The notes beneath the pieces were generated by a model. The model saw nothing but the letters and a program-made list of their open reading frames with translations. It was not told the DNA's origin and ran no database searches. A DNA stretch of 64,000 nucleotides from positions 14,722-78,721 of the forward strand of contig DATIHL010000011.1 in assembly GCA_035480715.1 (NCBI GenBank), written 5' to 3'. A program made the position numbers and the translations under genes. The DNA is from Candidatus Saccharimonadales bacterium. Its GTDB lineage: Bacteria; Patescibacteriota; Saccharimonadia; Saccharimonadales; UBA10212. This document shows, in pieces, positions 29,604 through 39,908 of the stretch (positions are counted from its first letter, which is position 1; each line of letters starts with the position of its first letter).

Positions 29604-30007
29604 CCGCAGTCTTTTTAGTTATTGCGATCGTTTTCGGAATATTCGTTCTGGTAATTGTGAGTCGGCTGGGGCGGAAATTCGCGAGACCACTGAACCATAG
29701 ATATTATGAAGAGAAGTGGACAGAGGTACTGGCACGCGTAAAAACGCCCGAGGGCATGGTGTTGGCTGTCATTGATGCCGACAAGCTGCTGGACGACGCT
29801 CTAAGAAAACGCGGCTATAAAGGCAAAACTATGGGCGAACGTTTAGTGGCCGCTCAGCGTGATCTAAGCAGCAATGACAGCGTGTGGTATGCCCATAAGC
29901 TGCGTAACCGCTTGGTACACGAGCCGGACGTGCGCCTGCGCAAAAACGAAGCTAAGAATGCTCTGGCTGGTATCAGGCAGGGACTCAGGGACTTAGGGGC
30001 TTTATAA
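29600..30007 (+). CDS. Hypothetical membrane-anchored protein with a HEPN-like Rx4H motif
   Basis: An N-terminal TM segment is followed by a soluble domain containing YAHKLRNRLVHE, which has the form RNxLxHE. The gene is inserted between gatA and gatB with overlapping or adjacent boundaries. Confidence 0.4.
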   Translation: MTAVFLVIAIVFGIFVLVIVSRLGRKFARPLNHRYYEEKWTEVLARVKTPEGMVLAVIDADKLLDDALRKRGYKGKTMGERLVAAQRDLSSNDSVWYAHKLRNRLVHEPDVRLRKNEAKNALAGIRQGLRDLGAL

Positions 30008-30008
30008 A

Positions 30009-31466
30009 ATGCCGATTAGTGAAGAAGTCAAAAGCAAATATACAGCGACGATTGGTATTGAATGCCACGTGCAGCTTAAAACTAAAACCAAGCTATTTTC
30101 AGCGGTCGGCAATGACGCTAGAAAGGCTGTACCCAACACATTAATTAGCCACATAGACGTTGCTATGCCCGGCGCACTACCAGTGTTAAACCGCGAAGCT
30201 ATAAATATGTGCGCTCGAGCAGCCTTTGCGTTAAATACACAGCCGCAAAAATTCAGTAAGTTTGAGCGCAAGCACTACTTTTACCCGGACTTGCCAAAGG
30301 GCTACCAGATTACCCAATACGAGGATCCAATTATCATCGGCGGCCAAGTTGAGATCATCATTTATGGTAAAACCAGACAAATTGGCATAGAAAGGGCCAA
30401 TCTTGAAGAAGATGCCGGCAAAAACACCCATCCTACAGGCACAGAGTACTCGCTTGTTGATTTAAACCGTGCCGGCACTCCACTTTTAGAAATTGTTAGT
30501 AAACCCGATATCCATAGTGCCGCCGAAGCCAAAGCCTTTGCCCGCGAACTTTATCTTTTAATGAAATATGCCAATGTTACCGATGGCGACCTATACCATG
30601 GCCATATGCGCTTTGATGTGAACACAAGCGTCAGTAAAGAAACGGGCAAACTTGGTACAAGGTCAGAGGTTAAAAATCTAAATAGCTTCCGTAGTGTTGA
30701 GGTGGCAATTGATTATGAAATTGATCGGCAAATCGAGCTTTTAGAAAAGGGTGAGAAGATAATTCAAGAGACTCGTGGGTGGGATGAGGCCAAGCAAAAA
30801 ACCACTTCGCAGAGGACTAAAGAAGAGGCTGAAGATTACCGCTACATGCCGGAACCAGATATCCCGCCGGTTGAATTATCGGATGAGTGGATGCATAAAA
30901 TAAAATCAGAAATGCCGCCTTTGCCAGCGGAGGTAAGACAAGATCTGCAAAAGCTCAATATCGACGATAAGGTTGTTGAAGATATCTTGGACAGATCACC
31001 ACTCATTGAACCAGTGCTTGACGTTTTGAGGTCTGCCGGCGCAGAGGATGCCAGGCGGGTGGCTTTCTGGCTGATTGCGGCTGAGCCAGCTGATGAGGAA
31101 ACAGCTGGTGAAATCGAGCCGTCCATTGACTCTGAGCGCTTAATTGCACTTTCGAAAATGGTTAACGGTGGAGAATTGAGTTCGACTGCCGCCAAAGCCG
31201 TTTTTGAGGAACTATTAAGCTCGACAGACGACCCACAAACGATTGCAACACGGCTCAATTTGCTTCAAGTTTCAGATGAAACTGAAATTGAGAAAATAGT
31301 TGCCGAGGTAATAACCGAAAATCCAAAAGTAGTCGCAGATATCAAAGCCGGCCAGGAAAAGGCTATTGGTTTTTTGGTCGGCCAAGTCATGGCTAAGTCG
31401 AAAGGTCAGGCCAACCCGCAGACTGCTCAAAGGATAATTAATCAGCAACTAACTAACTTTAAATAA
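30009..31466 (+). CDS. gatB: Asp/Glu-tRNA amidotransferase subunit B
   Basis: GatB/GatE catalytic domain plus a C-terminal GatB_Yqey domain. Confidence 0.9.
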   Translation: MPISEEVKSKYTATIGIECHVQLKTKTKLFSAVGNDARKAVPNTLISHIDVAMPGALPVLNREAINMCARAAFALNTQPQKFSKFERKHYFYPDLPKGYQITQYEDPIIIGGQVEIIIYGKTRQIGIERANLEEDAGKNTHPTGTEYSLVDLNRAGTPLLEIVSKPDIHSAAEAKAFARELYLLMKYANVTDGDLYHGHMRFDVNTSVSKETGKLGTRSEVKNLNSFRSVEVAIDYEIDRQIELLEKGEKIIQETRGWDEAKQKTTSQRTKEEAEDYRYMPEPDIPPVELSDEWMHKIKSEMPPLPAEVRQDLQKLNIDDKVVEDILDRSPLIEPVLDVLRSAGAEDARRVAFWLIAAEPADEETAGEIEPSIDSERLIALSKMVNGGELSSTAAKAVFEELLSSTDDPQTIATRLNLLQVSDETEIEKIVAEVITENPKVVADIKAGQEKAIGFLVGQVMAKSKGQANPQTAQRIINQQLTNFK

Positions 31467-31532
31467 AAACCTCAGGTTGCATTGTAAGAAATTTTGTTGC
31501 GTGTTATTTAGTGGCCGGCGTATACTTGGCTT

Positions 31533-31763
31533 ATGGAAACAGCAGCAGAAATACTTTTAATTATCGTAAGCTCGGTCTTAGCCGTTTTTCTGATTCTACT
31601 CAGTATCGCGCTAATATTTTTCATCCGTTTTCTACGCCGGGCTGACCATGTCGCCAATTCAGTAGAATCGGCCGCCACAGCCGTTAGAAGAAGCGCTTCG
31701 GCTATGCCACTTATAAGACTAGTAACAAACATAATTTCGCGTAAGCGGGGAGGAAAGGTCTAA
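31533..31763 (+). CDS. Small membrane protein (DUF948-like)
   Basis: 76 aa with one TM segment. It is paired with the downstream ytxH-like gene, as seen in Firmicutes ytxG-ytxH pairs. Confidence 0.4.
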   Translation: METAAEILLIIVSSVLAVFLILLSIALIFFIRFLRRADHVANSVESAATAVRRSASAMPLIRLVTNIISRKRGGKV

Positions 31764-31765
31764 TC

Positions 31766-32176
31766 ATGGCAAGAGACAACCACACAGGAAGAAAAATTGC
31801 AGTGGGGGCTCTTGTAGCTGGCGCCGCTGGCTACTTGGCTGGTATTTTGACGGCGCCAAAGAGCGGTAAAGAAACAAGAGGAGACATTGCCGATAAAGCA
31901 TCCGATGTTAAAGAGGATAGCATTGAGCAATTGCAAAATGCCCAGGCCGAGTTAGAAGAACTTATTCAAGACGCCAAAAATAAAACAATGGCTTTGAGCG
32001 CCAAGGCACGCGAGGAATTCGACGAAGCAGTCATTAAAGCTAAAGACGCCAAAAATAAAACTGGCACGTTGCTTAAAAGTGTCAAAGCCGGCGAAGCAGA
32101 CGATCCAGAACTAAACAAAGCTATTAAGCAAGCTAGGGCTGCCGCCAAAAATTTGGCCAAATATTTTAAATCCTAA
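31766..32176 (+). CDS. YtxH-like stress-associated protein
   Basis: The APKSGKETR motif is followed by coiled-coil and amphipathic segments. Confidence 0.6.
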   Translation: MARDNHTGRKIAVGALVAGAAGYLAGILTAPKSGKETRGDIADKASDVKEDSIEQLQNAQAELEELIQDAKNKTMALSAKAREEFDEAVIKAKDAKNKTGTLLKSVKAGEADDPELNKAIKQARAAAKNLAKYFKS

Positions 32177-32198
32177 AACTATAAGCGTTGTATAAAAG

Positions 32199-32228
32199 AG
32201 CCGCCCATTCCGGGCGGTTCTTTTATAT
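32199..32228 (+). terminator. Rho-independent terminator
   Basis: A CCGCCC / GGGCGG stem with an ATTCC loop is followed by TTCTTTTATATAT. Confidence 0.6.
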
Positions 32229-32323
32229 ATATCTTCACGCCAGGAAAACTCTATTTTTTAAAGATGGTTTTCTTGAGTTCGGCATATAATCTCATTAAAC
32301 ATTCGATTATAATTAAACTAATG

Positions 32324-35300
32324 GCAAAGTCGGGGGCAAAACTGAAAGCAAGTGATTTCGTGCACTTGCATAACCACACGCAATACAGCCTGCTTGATGG
32401 ATTAACTAAGGTCCCAGCTCTTATGGAACAGATAAAGGAGCTTGGGATGCAAGCAGTTGCCATCACTGATCACGGCCTAATGAGTGGCGCCATCGAGTTT
32501 TATAAAGAAGCCAAAGAAGCTGGCATTAATCCAATTGTTGGCATGGAAGCTTATGTCGCTCCAAGAACACATAAGGATAAAGATCCGACTCATGATCGTA
32601 ACGCCTTTCACCTAACAATGCTTTCCATAAACGAAATTGGCTATAAAAACCTGATGAAGCTTTCGACCACTGCCAACCTAGATGGGTTTTATTACCGTCC
32701 AAGAATAGACCATAGCCTACTAGAAAAACACGCTGAAGGAGTTATTGTGCTTTCCGGTTGTATGCAGGGAGAAGTGGCTGATGCACTAAGGCAAGGACAA
32801 TATGATCAGGCTAAAAAAACTGCTCAATGGTATAAGCAAATTTTTGGCGATCGATATTATATAGAGCTCCAGGATCACGGCCACACTGATCATCCGAGCG
32901 TCTGGGATGACCAAAATAGAGTCAATGAGGAGCTTTTAAAACTAGCTAAGGAGCTTGGAATTCCGGCTGTGGTAACCTGCGACGCTCACTACTTGAGGCG
33001 AGAAGATCAAGAGGCGCATGAAGTATTACTTTGTGTTCAAACAGGATCGTTTCTGGAAGACACAGACAGGATGAGTCTGAAGGACTTTGAACTTCATGTG
33101 GCTGATCCCAAAGAAATTATAAAACGCTGGGGAACAAACCACCCAGAACTTATCACAAATACTAGAAAGATAGCAGAGCGGTGCAAGTTAGAGATTAATC
33201 TTGGCGAGATTCTAATTCCCAAATTTCCAATTCCAAAAGCCGAGACAGAAAAAAGTTTACTCCAAAAGTTCGTCTGGCAAGGACTCGCCTGGCGCTACGG
33301 TGGTCTAGCGCGTCCTAAAGCTACAGCATTAACGGCTGCAAAAGCTAAGAAAAGCTTGACTAGTCAAGTAATTGAGCGAGCTAGCTTTGAACTCGATGTG
33401 ATAGACTCGATGGGCTTCAATGCTTACTTTTTGATAATAGCCGACTTTATAAACTGGGGGAAAGATCGAGGGATTGTCTTTGGCCCTGGACGTGGTAGTG
33501 CGGCAGGCTCGTTGGTATCTTATGGGCTGAACATTACAGAACTCGATCCGCTGGAATATGATTTGCTATTTGAGCGGTTTCTTAATCCCGAACGCATCAG
33601 CATGCCAGATATAGATATCGATATCCAGGACTCGCGACGCGACGAAGTTATTAACTACTGCATAGAAAAATACGGTCGTGATCGGGTGGCTAATATTGTA
33701 ACTTTTGGCCGAATGGCGGCGCGCAACTCTGTGCGTGATGTTGCCAGGGTCTTACGCGTGCCGTACGCCGAAGCTGATAAGCTAGCCAAGATGATTCCGC
33801 CTCCCGTACAGGGTCGCCATACGCCTTTAGCGACTCACTTAAAACAAGTGCCCGAGCTAAGGCGTGAATATAACGACAACTCTCAAGCAAAACAAGTTTT
33901 TGATTTAGCCATGAAGTTGGAAGGCACGATTCGTAGCCACGGCGTACATGCCGCCGGGGTAGTTATAGCGCCCGACGAAATTGTTAATTTTGTACCGCTA
34001 GAGATGGCTCAAAAGGGTGTAACCGCTACTCAGTATTCAATGGGACCCATTGAAGATCTTGGTCTTCTTAAAATAGATTTTCTGGGGCTATCCAATCTAA
34101 CTATAATCAAAAATGCGCTTAGAATAATCAAAAAAGTCGACAGCAAAGAAATAGATATCAGCCAGGTGACTCTTGATGACAAAAAGACATTTGAATTATT
34201 CCAGAAAGGCGAAACAACTGGAGTTTTTCAGTTTGAATCGGCCGGGATGAAAAGATATCTAAAACAACTAAAGCCAACAGTGTTTGACGATTTAATTGCC
34301 ATGAACGCTCTTTATAGGCCTGGTCCGATGCAGTGGATCGATGATTTTATCGCTCGCAAACGTGGCTTCCGCAAAATTGAATATCTTCACGATGTTATGA
34401 GACCAGCTTTAGAAAATACCTACGGCATTATGGTTTATCAAGAACAGGTTATGCAAATAGCTAAGGATATGTGTGGCTTTACCGGCGGCCAAGCAGACAC
34501 TCTTCGAAAAGGCATTGCTAAGAAGATTCCATCAGTCCTAGCCAAAATGAAGAAAGAATTTATAGACGGAGGCGTAAAACACTCAAACACGGACCGCAAA
34601 AAAATGGAAAAACTCTGGACACAGTTAGAAGAGTTTGCCAATTATGCTTTCCCCAAAGCGCACTCGTCTTGTTATGCCACGATAGCTTATTGGACTGCTT
34701 ATCTTAAAGCCAATTATCCGGCGGCTTTCATGGCGGCACTTATGACCAGTGATTATGACAATATAGATCGACTAGCCATTGAAATTACTGAGTGCAAACA
34801 CATGGGTATAGAAGTGCTACCACCAGACATAAACGAGTCGTTCCACGAATTTGGTATTGTTCCGGGCAAGAATCAAATCCGTTTCGGACTTGATGCTATA
34901 AAAAATGTTGGCCATGGCGCAGCCGAAGAAATTATACAAGGCCGCGAAAAAGCCGGCGGTAGATTCAAGACAGTCGAGGACTTTTGCAAAAATGTCAACA
35001 TTCATACTGTCAACCGTAAGGCGCTTGAAAGTCTAATCAAATCCGGCGCTTTAGATGGGCTTGGTGATCGCAGTTTGCTGCTTAACAATATCGAAAATAT
35101 ATTAAGTTTGGCCGGGCGGCTACAGAAAGAGTCTTTGAGCGGACAGGTAGGTTTGTTTGGTGGCAGCACAGAAGATGTAACTGCTTCACTCAAAATGCGC
35201 TGGATGGAAGCAGCTGTATCGTATTCTCAAAGCGTCCAACTTTCTTGGGAGCGTGATTTGCTCGGACTCTATTTAAGCCAGCACCCGTTAGAGCAATACG

Positions 35301-35971
35301 AGGTGATCTTGGCAGAGCAGGCTACTGGAATTGGCAGCCTCACACAGGAAATGGATGGACGAATTGTTACGGTCGGTGGTTCAATAACAGCCGCACGCGA
35401 GATTACCACCAAAAGCGGCTCAAAAATGGCCTTTGTAAAAATTGCTGATATGAGCGCAGAAATCGAACTCATAATATTTCCAAAGCTTTACGAGAATAGC
35501 GGAGGTACATGGGGCAGGGATACGGTGATTCTGGCCAAAGGAAAGCTGGCAACCAGAGACAGACAGAGTAATTCTGCAACAGATGATTGGAAAGTTTTAG
35601 TCGAAGAGGCCAGAATTATTAATTCTGACGAGGCAGAAAATTACAAATCTGCAAATTCAGGAGATTTCGCGTCAAATAAGCCCCGCTCATCAGCCAAAAT
35701 TGCAGCCCAGAGAGTTTCCGCCGAACCGCATATAGATAAGATCCTGAAGCAGAGACTTTTTATAAGACTGTCTGATAGTGGTGATCAACCCCTGCTAATG
35801 AGTTTAAAAGAAAAACTCGATAATTTTAGTGGTGATACAGAAGTGGTTATCGTCACCGGCAATTCAGACACTAAACAGATCATTAAATTACCTCAAACAA
35901 TTAGTGTTAACGAAGAAAGTCTGCGCGCTATAGCCGCCATTTTTGGCTCTACAAACGTTGTCGTCCGTTAG
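32324..35971 (+). CDS. dnaE: DNA polymerase III alpha subunit
   Basis: A PHP domain (HLHNHTQYSLLDG), polymerase core and OB fold are present. The start was placed at the internal ATG (MAKSG) rather than the extended ORF start at 32264. Confidence 0.9.
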   Translation, partial: AKSGAKLKASDFVHLHNHTQYSLLDGLTKVPALMEQIKELGMQAVAITDHGLMSGAIEFYKEAKEAGINPIVGMEAYVAPRTHKDKDPTHDRNAFHLTMLSINEIGYKNLMKLSTTANLDGFYYRPRIDHSLLEKHAEGVIVLSGCMQGEVADALRQGQYDQAKKTAQWYKQIFGDRYYIELQDHGHTDHPSVWDDQNRVNEELLKLAKELGIPAVVTCDAHYLRREDQEAHEVLLCVQTGSFLEDTDRMSLKDFELHVADPKEIIKRWGTNHPELITNTRKIAERCKLEINLGEILIPKFPIPKAETEKSLLQKFVWQGLAWRYGGLARPKATALTAAKAKKSLTSQVIERASFELDVIDSMGFNAYFLIIADFINWGKDRGIVFGPGRGSAAGSLVSYGLNITELDPLEYDLLFERFLNPERISMPDIDIDIQDSRRDEVINYCIEKYGRDRVANIVTFGRMAARNSVRDVARVLRVPYAEADKLAKMIPPPVQGRHTPLATHLKQVPELRREYNDNSQAKQVFDLAMKLEGTIRSHGVHAAGVVIAPDEIVNFVPLEMAQKGVTATQYSMGPIEDLGLLKIDFLGLSNLTIIKNALRIIKKVDSKEIDISQVTLDDKKTFELFQKGETTGVFQFESAGMKRYLKQLKPTVFDDLIAMNALYRPGPMQWIDDFIARKRGFRKIEYLHDVMRPALENTYGIMVYQEQVMQIAKDMCGFTGGQADTLRKGIAKKIPSVLAKMKKEFIDGGVKHSNTDRKKMEKLWTQLEEFANYAFPKAHSSCYATIAYWTAYLKANYPAAFMAALMTSDYDNIDRLAIEITECKHMGIEVLPPDINESFHEFGIVPGKNQIRFGLDAIKNVGHGAAEEIIQGREKAGGRFKTVEDFCKNVNIHTVNRKALESLIKSGALDGLGDRSLLLNNIENILSLAGRLQKESLSGQVGLFGGSTEDVTASLKMRWMEAAVSYSQSVQLSWERDLLGLYLSQHPLEQYEVILAEQATGIGSLTQEMDGRIVTVGGSITAAREITTKSGSKMAFVKIADMSAEIELIIFPKLYENSGGTWGRDTVILAKGKLATRDRQSNSATDDWKVLVEEARIINSDEAENYKSANSGDFASNKPRSSAKIAAQRVSAEPHIDKILKQRLFIRLSDSGDQPLLMSLKEKLDNFSGDTEVVIVTGNSDTKQIIKLPQTISVNEESLRAIAAIFGSTNVVVR

Positions 35972-35977
35972 CTTTTG

Positions 35978-37036
35978 CTATTGAATCAGACCTGCTGTTT
36001 GGCTTAGCAAGAATGAAAGTGCAGCAATTACTAAAAGCCCGATATCCATTAGGGGGTGTCTTATAGCGAAAGCTTCGCCGTAAGCAAACGCCCGGCGCGC
36101 AGCCAAAGCGTGACGGCTTATCCATACCCCAATAGCTGTCAGAGCACCCAGTACAGCCAGACTGGTGGCAAAACTAGCTATAGGCAGACCGGCCAATACT
36201 AATTGTGCTCTGGATGACTTTGCAGAAAGAGTGTCAGATTTAATGGCCGATTGAGTTGTGGCCGGTGGAGTTTTGTTAACAGTTTTGGCTACAGGAGTAG
36301 GAGGAGGTGCTACAGGTGTTGGTTGCGGCGTAGGAGCCGGTGCCGGCGCAGGCGATTGGGCTGGCGGAGGAGTCGGAGTAGCCGTGGCCGCGGGAGCGGA
36401 AGAATGGGCCGCCAATACTTGCGGCTGGCCATAAAATGCCACAACTATGGTCATTGGACCACCACCAGCAGACGTGTAGTTTGGATTATTGGCAAATCCA
36501 AATCCAACATCCGAAAATGCCGGATCCAGCAAATTTTCACGGTGTGGCGGGCTAGCCATCCAGCCGTTGATGGTCGATTGTTCATCGTTAAAACCGGCGG
36601 CCAAATTCTCGCCCAGTTTTTGATAGGAGTACCCTTGTGCATTTACGAAGACCCACGGCGGATTGCCTTCGGGTGTATTGTGGCTCCAGTAATTACGCGT
36701 AGCCATATCGTTTGCTTTGGCCTGAGCGGCAGCGTCAAGCTTGTCATTGAGATTTAGGCCTGCCACACCGTTTTGTGATCTGGCCACGTTGGTGTCTGCT
36801 AATAGGCCACCAATGCTCATGCTGGTGGCATATGACAAAACTTTACCGTTCGGGTGACGGATAATTGCCGAAAGAGCTCCGGCCTGAGAACCAAACGTTA
36901 ACAAAACGCCAATGATTAGAACCACAGGTATGTAAGGCCAGTAGACTTTCCTGAAGGCTTTGTCGCTTATGCCCCTTGGCTTTGTGGGGTGACGATGGCG
37001 GGAACTTTTTCCAACCGTTTTTATTTTGGCGGTCAT
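35978..37036 (-). CDS. CAP/SCP/PR1-like domain protein with a Pro-rich stalk and a C-terminal membrane anchor
   Basis: An N-terminal TM/signal region is followed by a CAP domain (YWSHNTPEG ... GENLAAG ... SPPHRENLL), a P/T/A-rich linker and a C-terminal hydrophobic helix. Confidence 0.65.
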   Translation of the reverse strand: MTAKIKTVGKSSRHRHPTKPRGISDKAFRKVYWPYIPVVLIIGVLLTFGSQAGALSAIIRHPNGKVLSYATSMSIGGLLADTNVARSQNGVAGLNLNDKLDAAAQAKANDMATRNYWSHNTPEGNPPWVFVNAQGYSYQKLGENLAAGFNDEQSTINGWMASPPHRENLLDPAFSDVGFGFANNPNYTSAGGGPMTIVVAFYGQPQVLAAHSSAPAATATPTPPPAQSPAPAPAPTPQPTPVAPPPTPVAKTVNKTPPATTQSAIKSDTLSAKSSRAQLVLAGLPIASFATSLAVLGALTAIGVWISRHALAARRAFAYGEAFAIRHPLMDIGLLVIAALSFLLSQTAGLIQ

Positions 37037-37080
37037 CCAGCTTATGATTATACGTTCATTTAGAACTTTTGTCCAACAAT

Positions 37081-37626
37081 TTATGAGCGGTAGCGCAGAT
37101 GATAGAGCGCTACCGCAGTAGCCACCGACACGTTAAGAGAATCCTTAGCGCCGCTCATTGGTATTTCTAGAAATTCATCTGCCAGTTGCAATAAATCCTT
37201 CTGCACCCCGCCGATTTCGCTGCCCACTATTAGGGTTATGTCTGAGTCAGATTTAAATTTTGGTAGGCTGATCGATTTATCTGTCTGCTCGAGCGCGAAG
37301 ACCTTAAAATTATCGGCCTTAAGCTTCTTCAATAGCTCAAAAACGTCCGCCTTGTATTGCCATTTGATAAACTTTTCAGCACCCAGAGACGTCTTAACTA
37401 TCTGTGCTTCGGCTCTTTTAGCGACGTGTGGCAGCCTTTTGTCACCAGCCATAGATGGGTAAGGACTGTAACCGGTCAGATAGACCATATCCACCCCAAA
37501 ACCATCAGCGCTACGCAAAATCGAGCCGATATTATGCGCCGAGCGGATATTATGCACTACCAAAACCAAACGCTTGTTTCTCATACGCTCACTATAGCGT
37601 ATTAACCTCGCGCTGATATCGCTCAT
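37081..37626 (-). CDS. TrmH/SpoU-family tRNA/rRNA 2'-O-methyltransferase
   Basis: SPOUT motifs are present (HNIGSILRSADGFG ... LIVGSEIGGV). Confidence 0.75.
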   Translation of the reverse strand: MSDISARLIRYSERMRNKRLVLVVHNIRSAHNIGSILRSADGFGVDMVYLTGYSPYPSMAGDKRLPHVAKRAEAQIVKTSLGAEKFIKWQYKADVFELLKKLKADNFKVFALEQTDKSISLPKFKSDSDITLIVGSEIGGVQKDLLQLADEFLEIPMSGAKDSLNVSVATAVALYHLRYRS

Positions 37627-37645
37627 GCTTTATACTTAACCCTAT

Positions 37646-39244
37646 ATGTCTCAAGATGTGCGTCGGGATGAAGAGAAGATTACTCAGCGGCGAGCTCAAG
37701 TTTTGGGCTTTACATACGTTGATACCAGCCAGCTACAAAAACAGTTGTACCGAACCATACTGACAGTTCCTGAACTTTACAGCATGCGGACAGTACCTTT
37801 GATAGCAGATGAGCACAATATTCATTTTGGTATTACAACCACTACACCGCAGCAGGTAGTCAACCAACTCAAAGCCCGCTTTACAGACCAGATTTTGTCA
37901 TTTTCTATTATTTCCGACAGTGGCTACCGTGAATACATGGTGCTTTATGATCCGCCTAAAAAGATTGAATATCACGATATAACCCTGGCTGAAACGCAGA
38001 GTCAAAGCATTGTTGATAGCGTCAGTAAAACGCTTGATGAAGTCAAGTCAGATGATATGTTAGCTTATCTTGTGCAGCAATCGTATAAGCTAAACGCCAG
38101 CGATATTCATATCGAAAATCAGCGCGATAATGTACGTATACGATTTAGGATAGACGGAGTCCTTCACCCGATGGCGTACCTCAGCCACGAGAAATATAAG
38201 CATCTAGCTTCTTCCATTGCTTCTGCAGCTAATGTTTCGACAGGCGAGCAGAAAGCTCAAGCTGGGCATATCAGTCGCCCCTATAAATTGGCAACGGGCG
38301 AAGAAGTAATGCTAAATCTGCGTGTCGAAACAGTGCCCACGCTCTATGGCATGGATGTGGTAATGCGACTTTTCAATATGAAATTGGAAGATTTCAAGCT
38401 GGATAAACTTGATCTTAGCGCAAAGGAACTCGAAGTTGTAGAAGATATCATTAAGCACCCTAATGGCATGGTGCTGATTGTCGGCCCTACCGGTTCCGGT
38501 AAAACAACTACGCTTTATTCGATAATTACCACCCTAAACTCACCAGAGCGGAAAATCATCACGCTTGAAGACCCGGTGGAATATCCGCTTCCCGGCATAA
38601 TGCAAATTCCAGTTGCCGGCCAGATGGAAGGCCACGATTTTGCCGAAGGTCTTAGGGCCATACTCAGACTAGACCCGGACGTAGTGATGGTGGGCGAGAT
38701 CCGTGATTTGGACACGGCCAAGACGGCGCTGCAAGGTGCGCTTACCGGTCATTTGGTGCTCAGTACCTACCACGCCAACAACGCTGGCGCCGCGCTAGCG
38801 CGCATGATGGACGCTATCGGTGTCAATCCAATATTTGCCAGTGCTATGCGCTTAATTATGGCTCAGCGGCTAGTCCGTCGGCTAGACGACAAAACTAAGG
38901 TCGCCTACAAGCCGGACCAATCGTTAAAAGATCGACTGCAGAAGGTTGTAGATACATTCCCGCCGGGAATAGAAAAGCCCAATCTTAACGAAGTTACTCT
39001 TTATAAGGCCGGCAGCTCAGCCGACAATCCATTTGGCTATGTGGCCCAGCTGCCAGTCCGAGAACAGATGTTAATGACATCTGGTGTGCAGGAGCTACTA
39101 AAGCTTCCGTCCAATCAAGTCACGGCCGAGATGTTAGAAAACAAAGCTATCGAAGAAGGCATGCGCACCATGCTCCAGGATGGACTTCTTAAGGCTATTG
39201 CAGGCCTAACCACAATCGAAGATGTCTACCGTGTAGTGGGTTGA
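37646..39244 (+). CDS. pilB: GspE/PilB-family type II/IV secretion ATPase
   Basis: A Walker A motif (GPTGSGKTTT) and Asp and His boxes are present, with an N-terminal GSPII-like domain. Confidence 0.8.
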   Translation: MSQDVRRDEEKITQRRAQVLGFTYVDTSQLQKQLYRTILTVPELYSMRTVPLIADEHNIHFGITTTTPQQVVNQLKARFTDQILSFSIISDSGYREYMVLYDPPKKIEYHDITLAETQSQSIVDSVSKTLDEVKSDDMLAYLVQQSYKLNASDIHIENQRDNVRIRFRIDGVLHPMAYLSHEKYKHLASSIASAANVSTGEQKAQAGHISRPYKLATGEEVMLNLRVETVPTLYGMDVVMRLFNMKLEDFKLDKLDLSAKELEVVEDIIKHPNGMVLIVGPTGSGKTTTLYSIITTLNSPERKIITLEDPVEYPLPGIMQIPVAGQMEGHDFAEGLRAILRLDPDVVMVGEIRDLDTAKTALQGALTGHLVLSTYHANNAGAALARMMDAIGVNPIFASAMRLIMAQRLVRRLDDKTKVAYKPDQSLKDRLQKVVDTFPPGIEKPNLNEVTLYKAGSSADNPFGYVAQLPVREQMLMTSGVQELLKLPSNQVTAEMLENKAIEEGMRTMLQDGLLKAIAGLTTIEDVYRVVG

Positions 39245-39280
39245 TTCACAGGTGTTTTTAAGGTAAAATGCTCAAGACTT

Positions 39281-39871
39281 ATGGAAAGTGTGATTCAAAA
39301 GGTCGAGGCTAAATATAAGAAAAAGGCCGTTGTTGATATTAAAAGCGGCGATACTGTTAAAGTCCACCAAAAAATCCGTGAGGGCGGCAAAGAGCGCATT
39401 CAGATTTTCGAGGGACTCGTTATTAAGACAAGCCGCAAAAATAGCCACACCAGCAGCTTCACTGTCCGGCGGATTGCTAGCGGTATTGGCGTAGAAAAGA
39501 CCTATTTTATTCACTCACCTAATATTTTAAAGGTCGAGGTTACTAAACGAGCCAAAGTGCGCCGCAACTATCTGACATACATGCGTCAATTAACTGGTAA
39601 GAATGCCAGGTTGATGGGTGTTGATTTTGACCGCGACAAAGTCAACGTCATACACGACGAAGAGGCCGAGGCCGAAGAAGCTAAAATCCACGAAGAACAA
39701 CTTGAAAGCTACGACCCAGAAGCCGCCAAAAAAGAAAAAGAGGCTGAAAAGGCTGAAGCCGACGCGGCTTCAGCCGAAGCACCAAAATCCGAGGCCGAGA
39801 AATTAGAAGAGAAACCAAAAGAAAAAGCCGCAGCAGCTGGCCCAGCCCAAGAACAAAACAAAGAAAAATAA
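39281..39871 (+). CDS. rplS: 50S ribosomal protein L19 with a roughly 80-aa K/E/A-rich C-terminal extension
   Basis: The L19 core (GDTVKVHQKIREGGKERIQIFEGLVI ...) is followed by a charged low-complexity tail. Confidence 0.85.
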   Translation: MESVIQKVEAKYKKKAVVDIKSGDTVKVHQKIREGGKERIQIFEGLVIKTSRKNSHTSSFTVRRIASGIGVEKTYFIHSPNILKVEVTKRAKVRRNYLTYMRQLTGKNARLMGVDFDRDKVNVIHDEEAEAEEAKIHEEQLESYDPEAAKKEKEAEKAEADAASAEAPKSEAEKLEEKPKEKAAAAGPAQEQNKEK

Positions 39872-39908
39872 ACTAGACCCTATTTCCTAAACCTTATACC
39901 CTAATAAT

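Noticed and set aside
32264-32323. N-terminal 20-aa extension of dnaE
   Set aside because: The PolIIIalpha PHP domain begins right after the internal Met (MAKSG ... HLHNHTQYS). The upstream codons are an AT-rich untranslated leader.
36251-36757. 168-aa Arg-rich ORF on the + strand
   Set aside because: It is antisense to the Pro/Ala/Thr-rich linker of the CAP-domain gene. The poly-Arg composition is a mirror artefact of GC-rich Pro codons.
39618-39806. 62-aa Lys-rich ORF in an alternate frame
   Set aside because: It lies inside the low-complexity tail of rplS. Repetitive AAG/AAA content generates the spurious frame.
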